Part shown: piece after piece, positions 1 through 10,845 of the stretch
How the letters are laid out: every line of letters begins with the position of its first letter
Numbering within the stretch: the stretch's first letter is position 1
NCBI GenBank assembly: GCA_963775685.1
Contig: CAVZJV010000014.1
Span: forward strand, 96,001-160,000
Direction: 5' to 3'
DNA from: Candidatus Bathyarchaeota archaeon
Lineage (GTDB): Archaea; Thermoproteota; Bathyarchaeia; Bathyarchaeales; Bathycorpusculaceae
DNA length: 64,000 bases
Notes under the pieces: model-generated
Told to the model about the DNA's origin: nothing
The model's database searches: none
What the model saw: only the letters and a program-made list of their open reading frames with translations
Position numbers and translations under genes: made by a program

Positions 1-865
1 TCGAATTCGAGAAAAATCTCATTTGCGTGTTTACTATTGCTTTATCTGGTCGCTATTTTTCATTTTCCAAGCAAAGATTTCATGGTGTAAAGGCGAATTA
101 GATTGGTGAACGTCAATGGAAAGTGCCAAATCAATTCTTTTTCGGTGTCCCACGGATGGGTAATCTTTCTCCGCTTGACTCATAGTTCACCTCCGGCACA
201 ACAAATATTAAATATCAGTATTTTCCAACTAGTACAAACGACGCCCAAGATTCTCTTGCTTTTAAGTGATGGCAAACCCCGAAGTTCAAGGGAGGGTTGA
301 AAGGAAATAGGGTTAAGCCGAGATGCAATTGGTAGTCCTTTAATGGGTTATGAAAAAGTGGTTCAATTTTAAGAATTAAGGAAACTAATTTGAGCAAAAA
401 TAAGATTCTTAGCGGCAGAGCCGACAAAACCTCTAATCTTAGACTTTTTCACCTTTACGTTTTGCGACCTGTCGCCACTAATCTTCTCAATCTTAATGGT
501 CAAACGTTTGTGTGTTATAATAAAGAATATGCCGATAGAAGAGGCAGCCTCAACCATATGGTTTTTTTAACCCCAAAAAAGGAAGAATAAGACAATTATT
601 TAGCACTAATGAACGCTTTTTAGTTGTTTAGACACTGAATTTTTGTCTTCCAATTTAGTGACTATTAATTCATAATAGTTAATACTGACAAGGCAGTTGG
701 TTAAAATCTAGAAAATAGGTAAAGATCAATGTTAATGGAAAAATCAGAACAAAAAGTTTCATCGTGCAAAACAATTTTCCTCTCCATCGAGGGTTACAGC
801 TCTGTTGCCACCCCCAAAATGTGGAGTGACAATCTCCCGAATCAGGCAAGAGGGCGATAAAAACT

Positions 866-3840
866 TTGCAGAAAAAAATGAAATGCGAAGTATTAGTGGT
901 TATTACAGTTTTACTTTTGTCCGTAATTATCTCTTGTTTACAGAGTAGTTATGCATGTGCTCAAATAAGTTTCAACTCCGCCTCTGGCTCAAATAATCTT
1001 TCAATACAATTAAATTATGGAAGTTTTAGCGTTACAGAGCATAAAATGTCTGCAACAGAGCTTCAGCAGTACAAAAGTAGAGCTGGAGTTTATCAAGAAG
1101 GACATAATTACAACAATATCGTTAATTGTCACGGGACCGGGCTAAGTCCGCCGACTTCTAGTGAGTGGACGGACATCGCTAAAGATGCCTACGTCGTCGA
1201 CAGAATTACCGGTCAAACGCCGTCTGCAGCGGTAGATCAAACTGCATCCTCATGGTTCCCACCAATTGGCGATCAAGGTCAACAAGGATCATGTGCATCT
1301 TTTGCAGTCGGGTATTATGCTAAGACTTTCCAAGAGGCAAAAGAGCATTCATGGAATTTAACGAATGCAAGATGGATAGGGGGAAGCAATGATGGTAATA
1401 TATCGGCAGATTATCAAAGCGAAGTTATGAGCCCAGCATTCATTTACAATTTAGTTAATAACGGTACCGATGGTGGCTCAGACTTTGAGACGCCAATCCG
1501 ATTAGTCAACAATGTTGGTATATGTTCTTGGCAAAAGATGCCTTATTACTGGCAGGATCACCTGAGGTGGCCATCAGAAAATGCATGGGCTGAAGCACCG
1601 TTATACCGGTCAAACAACACATTTGGCTACCAGTATTTGTATGTTAACTCAACCCAAGGCGTAACAAGTTTGAAAAACTGGTTAACTGCAGACAACCTGG
1701 CAATTATAGGAGTTGATGCATACGATAATCTGCTGAACTTAACCAGTACATCAAATCAAGATTTGCTTACTACAAATAACTACATAAACGGTGACATGGA
1801 CCATGCTGCCACAATCGTTGGGTATGACGATTATTTCACCTATATGGAAAATGGCACGCTACACCATGGAGCTTTTAAAATTGCTAATTCATGGGGAATA
1901 GGCGACTGGGAAAATCTCGCCGATGGATGCTACTGGATTTCATATAACGTCATGAAAGAGCTTTCAACCTCAGACAATCCTACAGTTCTATTTGGACGAC
2001 TTGGTTGGTTACCAAGCCTCAGATACTGGCAACGTTTAATGTTGCTCATGCGGCTAGAAGTGACTGCAGCATAACTTTCGGTTTAGGCACCCCAAATACA
2101 CCTATTGTTACGAAGAACTTTACTGACTTTGTCTTCGGAGGCGCTTTACCTTTTTGTCAAAACAACATAGTGTTTGACTTAACAGAGTTTAAGGATTACA
2201 TGACTTCTCCGTACAATCAACAGTTCTTCATGGAAGTTTACGATGCTGGATCAGATAAAGGGGGAACCAACGACACTGGAACAATAAACTATTTCGCCAT
2301 AGGAAACACCAGTTCACCTCAAGCACCAACTCAAACCAACAATGATCACTTTGTAAACTTAACGTTAACCTATTCCTTGGCGCCAACAACCTTTAACGTT
2401 TCACCAGCATCCGGCCCTTCCTCAGGCATAATCACACTTGAAGGCACAGGCTTTGCTGGCAGATCTGTAAACATTTCATACTTAAACCCATTAACCAATG
2501 ATTGGATTCCAATAACAGATAACCTAGCGATACTGTCAGAAAACTTTAGCTACGTCACTCATGCTCCAGACTTAATGCAGAACAACCCAGCAGGCGACAA
2601 TTCGCCGCTCTCTAACAGCGTCGTTTTTCGAGCCCAAGACAACAGCAACGACATTTCATACAACACAACAGTCCCCTACACTGAATGGCGACGAGGCTTA
2701 ACCCAAGTAGGCAACTCAACTGCAACAGGATTGTACGGCAACAACACCGACCTCTCCTCAACGCTATTTGTCGAGAATGAACAATCAATAACTGTTTCAG
2801 GCAAATGGTTCAGCCCAGGAACCGCTACTATCCTTTGGGATGATATAACTAGTTTGGGTACAGCACCCATAGATGCAACTGGATTGTTTAACGTAAACGT
2901 GCAGGTGCCAAAGACAACCGCTGGACCGCACAACCTCACAATAAACGACGGCAGCTATACCTATTGCATAAACTTAACTCGATTGCCAAAAGTAACTGAT
3001 GATTACACTGATTCGTGGCGTACAGAAAACTTTACGGTGAATTTAACCCCTGACTACAGCGGCAATGAAATCTACTACAAGATCAATTATGGCCCTGTCT
3101 GTAGCATCTCCACCGATGGTCAACCCCTCATAACCACAGAAGGTCCCAGCAACATGCTCGAGTACTGGAGCATATGGAACCTTTACGGAACAGGCAGCAG
3201 GGAACTGTCGCATGTGATCTTAACGGGCATTAAACTGGACATAACTACGCCTCAAGTCTCACTGGAGATAAATGGCGGTTCAACATCCACAACTTCAAGC
3301 ATGGTCACCTTAACTTTGGCTGCCACAGATTCTACGTCAGGCATCAACCAAATCCGATTCAGCAATGACGACACATGGAACCAAGCTGCATGGGAACCAT
3401 ACGCAAGCAGCAAGAGTTGGCAACTAACCAGCGGCGAAGGAACAAAAACAGTTTATTGCGAAATTCAAGATAACGCCGGCTTAAACACAACTGTTGGTGC
3501 TTCAATCACTCTTAATACATTGCAGTTTTTACCAACGTTAACTTTACCAACAGCTACGTCATCCCCAAGTCCATCTCCTACCACAACTTCAACATCTACA
3601 ATCTATCCATATGACTTTATAGGACCGTTGCCACCAGGTGCAACACGTGCCCCAGCGCCAATTACATCACCTACACCTTTCCCAATCCCCACTCAAACGC
3701 CAACGCCAAATCCATCATCGATGATTCTAAATGTTCCAGTAATAGGTGCCATAATCTTGATCGGTGTGGTACTTACTGGGCTACTTGTGAAAAGAAAGAA
3801 AAGCCAAAACCCCAAGTCTTCTCTTAAAAGAAAAGACTAA
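866..3840 (+). CDS. Secreted, membrane-anchored papain-like (C1 family) cysteine peptidase with Ig-like domains; split by one frameshift near 1990-2010
   Basis: N-terminal signal peptide; catalytic motifs QGQQGSCASFA (Gln/Cys), DHAATIVGY (His) and ANSWG (Asn). ORF 2005..3840 continues with beta-rich domains, an S/T/P linker, a C-terminal TM helix and a KRKK tail. Confidence 0.85.
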
Positions 3841-4513
3841 CCACAACCTTTTCTTTTTATTTTTTTTATACTTTATCTCAGGGTTCTACATTTTTTGTCC
3901 TAACTAAAATAGATTGAAAGGAAAAATAGTTTCTCTGTTCATAAGCATTAGTTGAAAACCTGCAAAAAAGCCTAAAACTTAACGTAGTTACCCAATTAGG
4001 TTTGTTTAGACAAGTGAACCTGCATTTGACGTGATATATACGAGTACTATAACTAAACAAAGGGCAATACATATTGGGGCTGCACCCTTTCTGGAAAAAA
4101 ACGTATCATAGTAGCTTGTAACATCATTTTTGAAAACTCGCAGCCAAGTTGCGATCGTGGAATTCACTGCCATTTCGAAGCCTTCTCCAACATGCTGAGG
4201 ACAAGTTGCGCTAATAAACTTCATTCCGTGACCGTACTAACGGCAAACAGCAATCTAACATCAGGCATACTGCCTACTCTCTGCCCACAGCTGATTCTAA
4301 AGCATCACTGTTTTGTTTGGGGAAAAGCAGTTTAACTAATCTCTTGGTCCGATTCCTTAAGAAATTCAACAGACGTTTGTTTTACTGGTAAATTGGGGAT
4401 AGGATCCCCCGCCCAACACTAGTTGAATATCTCCAGTAACATGTTGAAAATGCTATTCTGCCGTTTGAGACGCGGCTAATTCTCTTATTTTGTTGGCGGT
4501 TTTGAACCCAAAT

Positions 4514-4538
4514 GGGTTTAGGGCCGGGCGCCCCATCA
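4514..4538 (+). other. Degenerate tRNA 3'-end-like sequence (possible decayed att site)
   Basis: CCGGGCGCCCCATCA matches CCGGGCGGCCCACCA of the tRNA fragment at 5780-5794 at 13/15 positions; same orientation. Confidence 0.35.
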
Positions 4539-4592
4539 AGGAACTTTTGAACCGCTTAAAATTGCATTGTTTTGGAATGAAACGGGTGAATA

Positions 4593-4717
4593 TCAGTTAA
4601 CTAAGTGTTTCAAGTGATTTTCAAAGGTTTACTTAAGTTGAAGCCTAAATCTTTGGATTTTTCAACTAATTCCTTGTCTAAATATAATACAACGTTGCCT
4701 TTGTTTGACATTTGCAT
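4593..4717 (-). pseudogene. Small CcdA/RHH-like antitoxin-type gene (frameshifted or decayed)
   Basis: Manual translation MQMSNKGNVVLYLDKELVEKSKDLGFNLSK-(+1)-TFENHLKHLVN fits the ribbon-helix-helix 'xNLSxxxExxL' pattern. Below the ORF-track cutoff. Confidence 0.55.
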
Positions 4718-4914
4718 TCGCATCCGAGCGCATCCAAATGGGACGTATTGTTATAAAGTTGGTCTTTTGTTTAGTCACTCAATCATAATTTATTGATTTT
4801 CGATTTTTTAAGAATTACCTGAATTTTCACAATTTCTAATTTTTAGAGCAATGTCAATATTATTCGAAAAAGCTATGAACTTCTATTGTGAATTAGATGT
4901 AGAGGAACTATTGT

Positions 4915-5400
4915 TTGATAACAAAAATTCTTGTGGGAGTAGACGGTTCTAAAAACTCGGAAAAAACTTTGGATTACGCTCTTGAAATCGCTGACAAGTT
5001 TTCTGCATCTATTCTAATCCTCAACGTTTTTCAGCCACCTCCAGAATTAGGATACCAGCAAAACATGTTTTCGCAGTTTCCGGCGTCCGGATCTCCTCAA
5101 GATACAATTGGTGACCAGTCGAATTTGTCTGCCTTTATCAAAGACCTTCGAAAAGTACATGAGGCAATTTTGTCCAAAGCCGCTGAAAGGGCGATTAAAC
5201 TAAAACCCATACTTAAAATCACCACTGAACTCAAAGAAGGAAACACACCGTCTCAGATAATTGAAACTGCTGCAAATGGCGGGTTTGATTTAATAGTTGT
5301 AGGTCATATGGGGGAAAGCCAAATCAAGGAATTCCTTCTTGGTAGCACAAGCGAAAGAGTTGTCCACCAAGCAAGATGCAACGTGTTAGTTGTCAAATGA
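4915..5400 (+). CDS. Universal stress protein (UspA family)
   Basis: KILVGVDGS N-terminus; DLIVVG...LLGSTSERVVHQARCNVLVV C-terminal motif. Confidence 0.95.
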   Translation: MITKILVGVDGSKNSEKTLDYALEIADKFSASILILNVFQPPPELGYQQNMFSQFPASGSPQDTIGDQSNLSAFIKDLRKVHEAILSKAAERAIKLKPILKITTELKEGNTPSQIIETAANGGFDLIVVGHMGESQIKEFLLGSTSERVVHQARCNVLVVK

Positions 5401-5419
5401 TTCGAGCACTAAATGTGCT

Positions 5420-5484
5420 TGATTTTTCTGAAATAATTCCTCGACTAAATACAAAACAACCTATTTCCTGACTGTAATTTGCAT
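5420..5484 (-). pseudogene. Second, more decayed copy of the CcdA-like gene
   Basis: Translates MQITVRK*VVLYLVEELFQK versus MQMSNKGNVVLYLDKELVEK; shares upstream sequence (TTTGCATTCGC...TGTTATA...TTTGTT at 4711-4771 and 5478-5539). Confidence 0.5.
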
Positions 5485-5762
5485 TCGCGCCCAAGGGCAA
5501 GCGAGGGGAGAACTATGTTATATGTTTGTATTCTTTGTTGCAAATTGAAAGCCTTTTTTGTCCAAATTTGGGAGATTTGATCGTAGTCTGCTTAATTTGC
5601 TTTCGATTTGTGTATTGTCTCATGCATTTGGAAACACTGGTTCTTCTTTTGCATAATTATTGTTAAAATATCTTTATAAACACTAAATATAGTGTAAAGA
5701 TTAATCATGCAGGCACTATCTTCAGGTACAACTTCCTCATTTGATGTTTCGATTTAGCAGAA

Positions 5763-5794
5763 GAGACCCCGGTTCAAATCCGGGCGGCCCACCA
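5763..5794 (+). other. tRNA 3'-half fragment (T-arm, acceptor 3' strand, ACCA); no intact 5' half
   Basis: CCCGG-TTCAAAT-CCGGG-CGGCCC-ACCA. No complementary 5' acceptor strand upstream, so the isotype cannot be assigned. Confidence 0.7.
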
Positions 5795-5923
5795 TTGAAC
5801 CTTAAGCGTTTGATTAGAAAGAAAATAATTCAGCCTATTGTTGGATTGAAACTGCTTTTAGTCTTTAAACTAAGCTTTTCTTTGAAAAGCCTTTTGCAGT
5901 AAAAACTGGTTATTGATTGATTT

Positions 5924-6175
5924 TTAGTTTTCCCATACGGATAGGATTGATGGTTTTAGTTCATCTGTAGAAATAAAGTAGCGTTCGCTGTCCAGTAGCA
6001 AATTCAAGTTGTGTTGGTTTACAAAGTCTTTGATGAAATCAAGGTTGTTGTTATCGACTGATTCTTCGTCTATACTTAAAACAATTCCATCCTTCGGGGT
6101 GTCAAGCATCTTTACGTCTAAACTGCAGCTTGAACCTAATTCTCTTTTAAACACCATAGCCTCAAATATCTTCAT
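5924..6175 (-). CDS. Hypothetical protein
   Basis: 83-aa ORF with an upstream GGTGAAAGG RBS-like site. Confidence 0.65.
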   Translation of the reverse strand: MKIFEAMVFKRELGSSCSLDVKMLDTPKDGIVLSIDEESVDNNNLDFIKDFVNQHNLNLLLDSERYFISTDELKPSILSVWEN

Positions 6176-6684
6176 TATTTCCTTTCACCCATCCAAATTA
6201 TGCTGATCACTAAGCCAAAATGTCTGGACAGGTGAATGCAAACTTGGGTTACAATACATTATGGACTTGAGTACTCTTAAGGCTTCGTGTTCATAGAGCC
6301 AGAAAATGTGACGCCTCAAGTCAATACGCGCTAAATCAAGGCAGAATAAAAAAGGTAATTGGCCAAAAAGAAAAAAGGCGTATTTTACAATGTTATGCCT
6401 ACGCTCTTTGCGCCATTTGGCCTAATTCAGGGTCGGCTTTGGTGAATATTCTTGATTGCCGAAGCTGACCAAGATTCCTAGTAAAGCCACGTAATACCTG
6501 CACATAGCGAGCGCCAAGCGGAAAGGTTCATAGACGACTTTCAGTTTTCAGGTTAAATTCGCGATCGATGAACCGTGAATTAACTTCTAAACTGTCAATG
6601 CCAGATATAGGACATATGACTTGCAAATCTTGATTGAATTTCAATAAACAAATTATCTTTTACTTTTCTGGAAGGGGAGAAGGG

Positions 6685-7026
6685 TTAAAAAACTCCCATA
6701 AACTTCACTGCCACAACGGCGATAGATATTACGGCAAGCAAAAATATTATTTTTCCCTTTGATTTAGCTAAACCACCTGATTCGGCTTCGCCCTGCTGGA
6801 ACTCATATTCCTTAATTTCTTTGGTCTGAAAGTTAATCTGCACTTTTGCACTTAACTTTTGGAACATCATTTCGACAACGTAGAGTTCGCCCTCAAGAGA
6901 AACTTTCATTGGCATCCAGTTGCCTTTGTAACCTAAGCGTTTTAGGAAGTCCACTGTTAATGCGGTTGCGTTTTCTGCGTCGAACCGTGAAATCTCTGGC
7001 GAAACCTCAGTGGGGTCACTTGACAT
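6685..7026 (-). CDS. Hypothetical tail-anchored protein (PepSY-like alpha/beta domain plus C-terminal TM)
   Basis: Helix followed by beta strands ending KVQINFQTKEIKEY; hydrophobic C-terminus; GAAGG RBS. Confidence 0.65.
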   Translation of the reverse strand: MSSDPTEVSPEISRFDAENATALTVDFLKRLGYKGNWMPMKVSLEGELYVVEMMFQKLSAKVQINFQTKEIKEYEFQQGEAESGGLAKSKGKIIFLLAVISIAVVAVKFMGVF

Positions 7027-7140
7027 GAATCTTCCTTCTGAATTAGGGCGTTCTCTTTTTTAGGGGTTATGAAGCCTAGAACCGTATTTCTAATCAACAA
7101 AAGATGAAGATCCAAATACGACCTGTTTGGAGAAAAAAGG

Positions 7141-7377
7141 TTATGGCAGTGGTTGGCCAGGTAGTTCCGGTGCTGTTTGGTTAAACATACTGTCGGTTTG
7201 ATTTAGGATGGTGCTTTCAATGTTTCGTATCCTGCTTAGCTGAGGAATGTTCTCGGTATTTAGGGTTTGCTGCATTATGGCTACTGCGTAATCGACAACT
7301 ATACAGGCGAAAACCACTGTTGAAGTAATTAAAAGTAACGCTGCAACTGTCGTCTCCAAAATCTTCTCCTTCTCCAA
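7141..7377 (-). CDS. Small membrane protein with a pilin-like N-terminal hydrophobic helix
   Basis: LETTVAALLLITSTVVFACIVVDYAV resembles the N-terminal helices of the pilins at 33490 and 44687, but there is no basic class III leader. Confidence 0.5.
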   Translation of the reverse strand: MEKEKILETTVAALLLITSTVVFACIVVDYAVAIMQQTLNTENIPQLSRIRNIESTILNQTDSMFNQTAPELPGQPLP

Positions 7378-7487
7378 TATCGTAATCGCTGAAAAATCCT
7401 TTAATAGGTTGTTCTTTTAAACAAAATGTTACGGCTTTGGATGCATGTCTGCAAAAAACAACTTTGAAAATAAGATTTTGGATGCGA

Positions 7488-7988
7488 TTACTTCTTCTCA
7501 GTTGGCTGCTCTGGAGTAGCGTTTGCAGTTGCGACTGGGGCTTCCGCCGAAGCTGGTGGTGCTTCAGTTTTTTCTTCAGGCGTCTGTTTTGTGGGTGCAT
7601 TCGATAGTATCTGGATCTTCTCTGCCATGGGGTGAAGCAGATCAGGCGGTGGATAAGGAGTGTTCAGGTTAGAAGATAGGATGTAGATGGAGTTGAAAAC
7701 ATGCTGATAGATTGTGAAGAGTATTTGGGGGATTTTTGTTTTAGGGTTTACTTCAAGCTTTTTCTTGATATCGTCGGGTTTGCCTGACATGGTTACGATG
7801 CCTGAAGTTGAATATTTAACGACGTTTGGCTTTGTGGAAATTAGCAAAGTAAAGGCAAGAGTAACTTGGTTGTTCTCCTTTTTCTGCTCTTCAATTTTTG
7901 CGTTAATATCAAAAAATAACTCTTCGGTAGCCGAGTAAGCGCCTGTTCGTTCGGCCTGCAAACTACTAAGATTGACTGAAACTATCAC
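7488..7988 (-). CDS. Conserved archaeal hypothetical protein, possibly SecB-like fold
   Basis: Four beta strands, then a helix ending LSSNLNTPYPPP, as in SecB-like proteins; low-complexity tail. Confidence 0.5.
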   Translation of the reverse strand: MIVSVNLSSLQAERTGAYSATEELFFDINAKIEEQKKENNQVTLAFTLLISTKPNVVKYSTSGIVTMSGKPDDIKKKLEVNPKTKIPQILFTIYQHVFNSIYILSSNLNTPYPPPDLLHPMAEKIQILSNAPTKQTPEEKTEAPPASAEAPVATANATPEQPTEKK

Positions 7989-8112
7989 TCCTGAGACAGA
8001 ATACTGCGGGCTTACGGCTAATTCCTCTCTAATTCATTCTGTTATTTTCATATTAAACTTTCGTATATAGCTAACCTAATTAATCACTATTCAAATCAGT
8101 GCTTTTCAAGTT

Positions 8113-8694
8113 TTACGGGCTATCTCCACTGTTGTAAAAGGCTGGCACGGAAAGCTCAGCAATAAACTTGAAGGCTTCGTCTTCTTTAGCAGTAGTTTTT
8201 TGTTTTAGCACTATCTTTTTTGGGACATCTTCTTCTATGTAAACTATGTAGTTGACAGTTGTTCCCAAACCAAGACGGGCAAGCTGTTGAACGGTTCCCT
8301 TAAACTTCTCATATTCTTGAACTTTGACGTTTATTTTTTCAATAGCTTCAAACAATATTTCGGTTTGCCCTTGTTCAGTAAATGAGATTGCTATATCTCC
8401 TGATTGAACCCAACATGACGTTTCCTCTTTTCCTTTTGCGCCTTTCCCGCCCTTTTTTGATTTGTCGGTTTCTGCGGGCTTCTTTGAGCTTGCTTTTAGA
8501 GTTTTTTGTAGGGCGGCTGATTTCTGGAACCATTCTTCATTTTTATGGTTGCTCTGGGCATCTCTTAGCACTGAGCCTAACCATTGGCTGTAATCTTCAT
8601 ACAATGCTTTGTACTGAGTTGTTTGGTTTGATAGATATTCGGTTAAATCTTTAAGTGACATGAAGGTGCGTATTTCTGTTCCCAATTTTTTCAC
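8113..8694 (-). CDS. Hypothetical coiled-coil protein (possible arcadin-3-like)
   Basis: 193-aa ORF; pattern IRTFxSLxDLxEY...coiled coil...YIVYIEEDVPKKIVLK. Confidence 0.5.
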   Translation of the reverse strand: MKKLGTEIRTFMSLKDLTEYLSNQTTQYKALYEDYSQWLGSVLRDAQSNHKNEEWFQKSAALQKTLKASSKKPAETDKSKKGGKGAKGKEETSCWVQSGDIAISFTEQGQTEILFEAIEKINVKVQEYEKFKGTVQQLARLGLGTTVNYIVYIEEDVPKKIVLKQKTTAKEDEAFKFIAELSVPAFYNSGDSP

Positions 8695-8816
8695 TCCTAC
8701 AATAAATCCTATGCTGGTTATAGTTAGATTATATTATGGATACCATTACCCCTTTTTTGGAATAATAGGGTTTGTCCATTACAGAAATTACATACTTTTT
8801 CTGCATCAACTTAAAG

Positions 8817-9887
8817 TTAACGATTTTTTGATTTCTCATAAGCGCTCGCAATAGCTTCACTTGTCAAAACACCAACTATCCTCTTTGGTTTTTCCTTTTC
8901 AACCACTGGGATAAGGTCAATTTTTTCACGCGCCATAATTTTGTTTGCTTCAAGAATCGACTCATCCTCGAAGACTGATATGTTCTTTAATGGCATTTGC
9001 TCAACTGTGTGAGTGCTACGCTCATCTTGTTTAATCTTCATTAATTCATTCCAGGTAATAACGCCTTGGAAAACGCCGTCTTTTTCCACTAAAGCATCGT
9101 GGTAGCGGTTTTTGAACATCACTTCCCACGCTTCGGCGAGACTTTGCTGAGGATTTACCGCGCCGACTTCTGACTGCATAACATCCTTAACCCTGACTCC
9201 CGCAAGAGCTGTTGAGATTATGGTTTGTTCTGCTTCCTCACTTGCGCCTATGTAAACAAAAATCCCCACTAAGATGAGTAAGAAGTAACTAGGAAAAACA
9301 AAGCCCACGACAACCATGACAATGCCAAATATCCTGCCTAGATAAACCGCGTATCTGGTTGCGTCGGAATACTTAAGGCGTTCAGCCAGTAAAGCCCTAA
9401 AAACCCTGCCGCCGTCCATGGGGAAAGCAGGAATCAGGTTAAAGGCACCAAGGAGAACATTAAGGACGGCAAGGTCCGTAAGGAAGTTTCCTGTGGTGGT
9501 CGTGAAGGAGGATATGTTAAATTGTTGAGGCGATATTATCAAGCTAACTCCAAGAAGGGCAATGCCCAAAACCAAGCTTGTAAGCGGTCCTGCAACAGCC
9601 ATCCGCCATTCTTGTGCTGGATTGTCGGGGATTTCTTCTATTTCGGAAACTCCGCCGATAGGGTAGAGTATTATCTTTCTAACTTTAATTCCATAGTGTC
9701 TTGCTACAATGGAGTGGGCAAGCTCATGGAAAACCACAAAGACGAATAAGAAAAGCACAATAAAGAACGTGTAAAACTGTTGCGCAGGAAGCGACAACAC
9801 AAAAACTGCAGCGATTAAAAGAATGAAGGTTATGTGCAATTCTATGGGAATGCCCCATGCGGAGCCTATCTTAAAAGAATATTTCAT
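8817..9887 (-). CDS. Site-2 protease (M50, SpoIVFB-like) with two CBS domains
   Basis: HELAH zinc motif, AGP, FNLIPAFPMDGGR; C-terminal CBS pair. Confidence 0.95.
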   Translation of the reverse strand: MKYSFKIGSAWGIPIELHITFILLIAAVFVLSLPAQQFYTFFIVLFLFVFVVFHELAHSIVARHYGIKVRKIILYPIGGVSEIEEIPDNPAQEWRMAVAGPLTSLVLGIALLGVSLIISPQQFNISSFTTTTGNFLTDLAVLNVLLGAFNLIPAFPMDGGRVFRALLAERLKYSDATRYAVYLGRIFGIVMVVVGFVFPSYFLLILVGIFVYIGASEEAEQTIISTALAGVRVKDVMQSEVGAVNPQQSLAEAWEVMFKNRYHDALVEKDGVFQGVITWNELMKIKQDERSTHTVEQMPLKNISVFEDESILEANKIMAREKIDLIPVVEKEKPKRIVGVLTSEAIASAYEKSKNR

Positions 9888-10031
9888 GAAATAAACATGG
9901 GTATGGTTGACTTTTTAAAGTTTCGAAAGCAATTTGCTTGAGCTACCTTCTCTTAGTTTAAAAAGAGACAGGATGCAAATTCCAAAAATTATAATAATCA
10001 TTTATGTCAAGGATGCTGGAGAGGGACTTGC

Positions 10032-10571
10032 TTGAAAAGAACAAAAACGGACAAGGAGACAAGAGAAGGAATATGCAAAAGAAAAAGTTTAGGTTTAATC
10101 GTTGCAATAATTGTTGTGTGCGTTCGGTGCATTGCTTTTCTGGTTAGTTCCTCGTTAACTCCAGCTCAACAACCGACCGACCCACTGGATTTTGTTGTGA
10201 GCGGAACAAGTGACTGCCTAAGGTTCCTAAACAGCTCTGTCTCGACGATTTATGTGCCCTTCACAGTAGGTGCTAACGAGAATTGGCAATTAACCATTAA
10301 CTGCACCAAAATGCCCGGTGGCGCCAACGGCTACACAGACGTCTACGTTTACAAGGGCTACTGGAACGGCGGAACCAACTACACATGCGTATCTAGCGAT
10401 CTATACCCAATTTTAAGCGACATACAAAGCACCGACCACCAAATACGCCTTGGCAATCCATTTACAGAAACCTACGGGGGGTCAACCCAGCAAAGCTACA
10501 CTGTGTTCTGCGTGGTTCCACCAGGCGGACAAGAAGCAACCTTCCGTGTGACACTCAAACAAGTGCAATAG
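10032..10571 (+). CDS. Hypothetical exported/membrane-anchored protein
   Basis: Hydrophobic N-terminal segment followed by a beta-rich domain with Cys residues. Confidence 0.65.
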   Translation: MKRTKTDKETREGICKRKSLGLIVAIIVVCVRCIAFLVSSSLTPAQQPTDPLDFVVSGTSDCLRFLNSSVSTIYVPFTVGANENWQLTINCTKMPGGANGYTDVYVYKGYWNGGTNYTCVSSDLYPILSDIQSTDHQIRLGNPFTETYGGSTQQSYTVFCVVPPGGQEATFRVTLKQVQ

Positions 10572-10845
10572 AGAGTGTTTCTTTTTCTTAATTTTTTTTA
10601 GTGCTTGTCACTATCAAGAATAATTTGTTCTCAAAATGATATAATTATAGCTAAGTATGGCAAGGGAAGTGGGTGCGATTGATTGTGTTAACAATTTGTT
10701 TATGCGTTTTTTGTTTATGCAATCAAGCTTAAGATTATCAATTTCTGTCGATTTTTTTTTAATTAATAAACTTTTGATTGCAATAAACGAAGTGTTGTCT
10801 ATCGATTTTACAAAATTGTTATATAATTGCTCTTAGATAGGTTAT

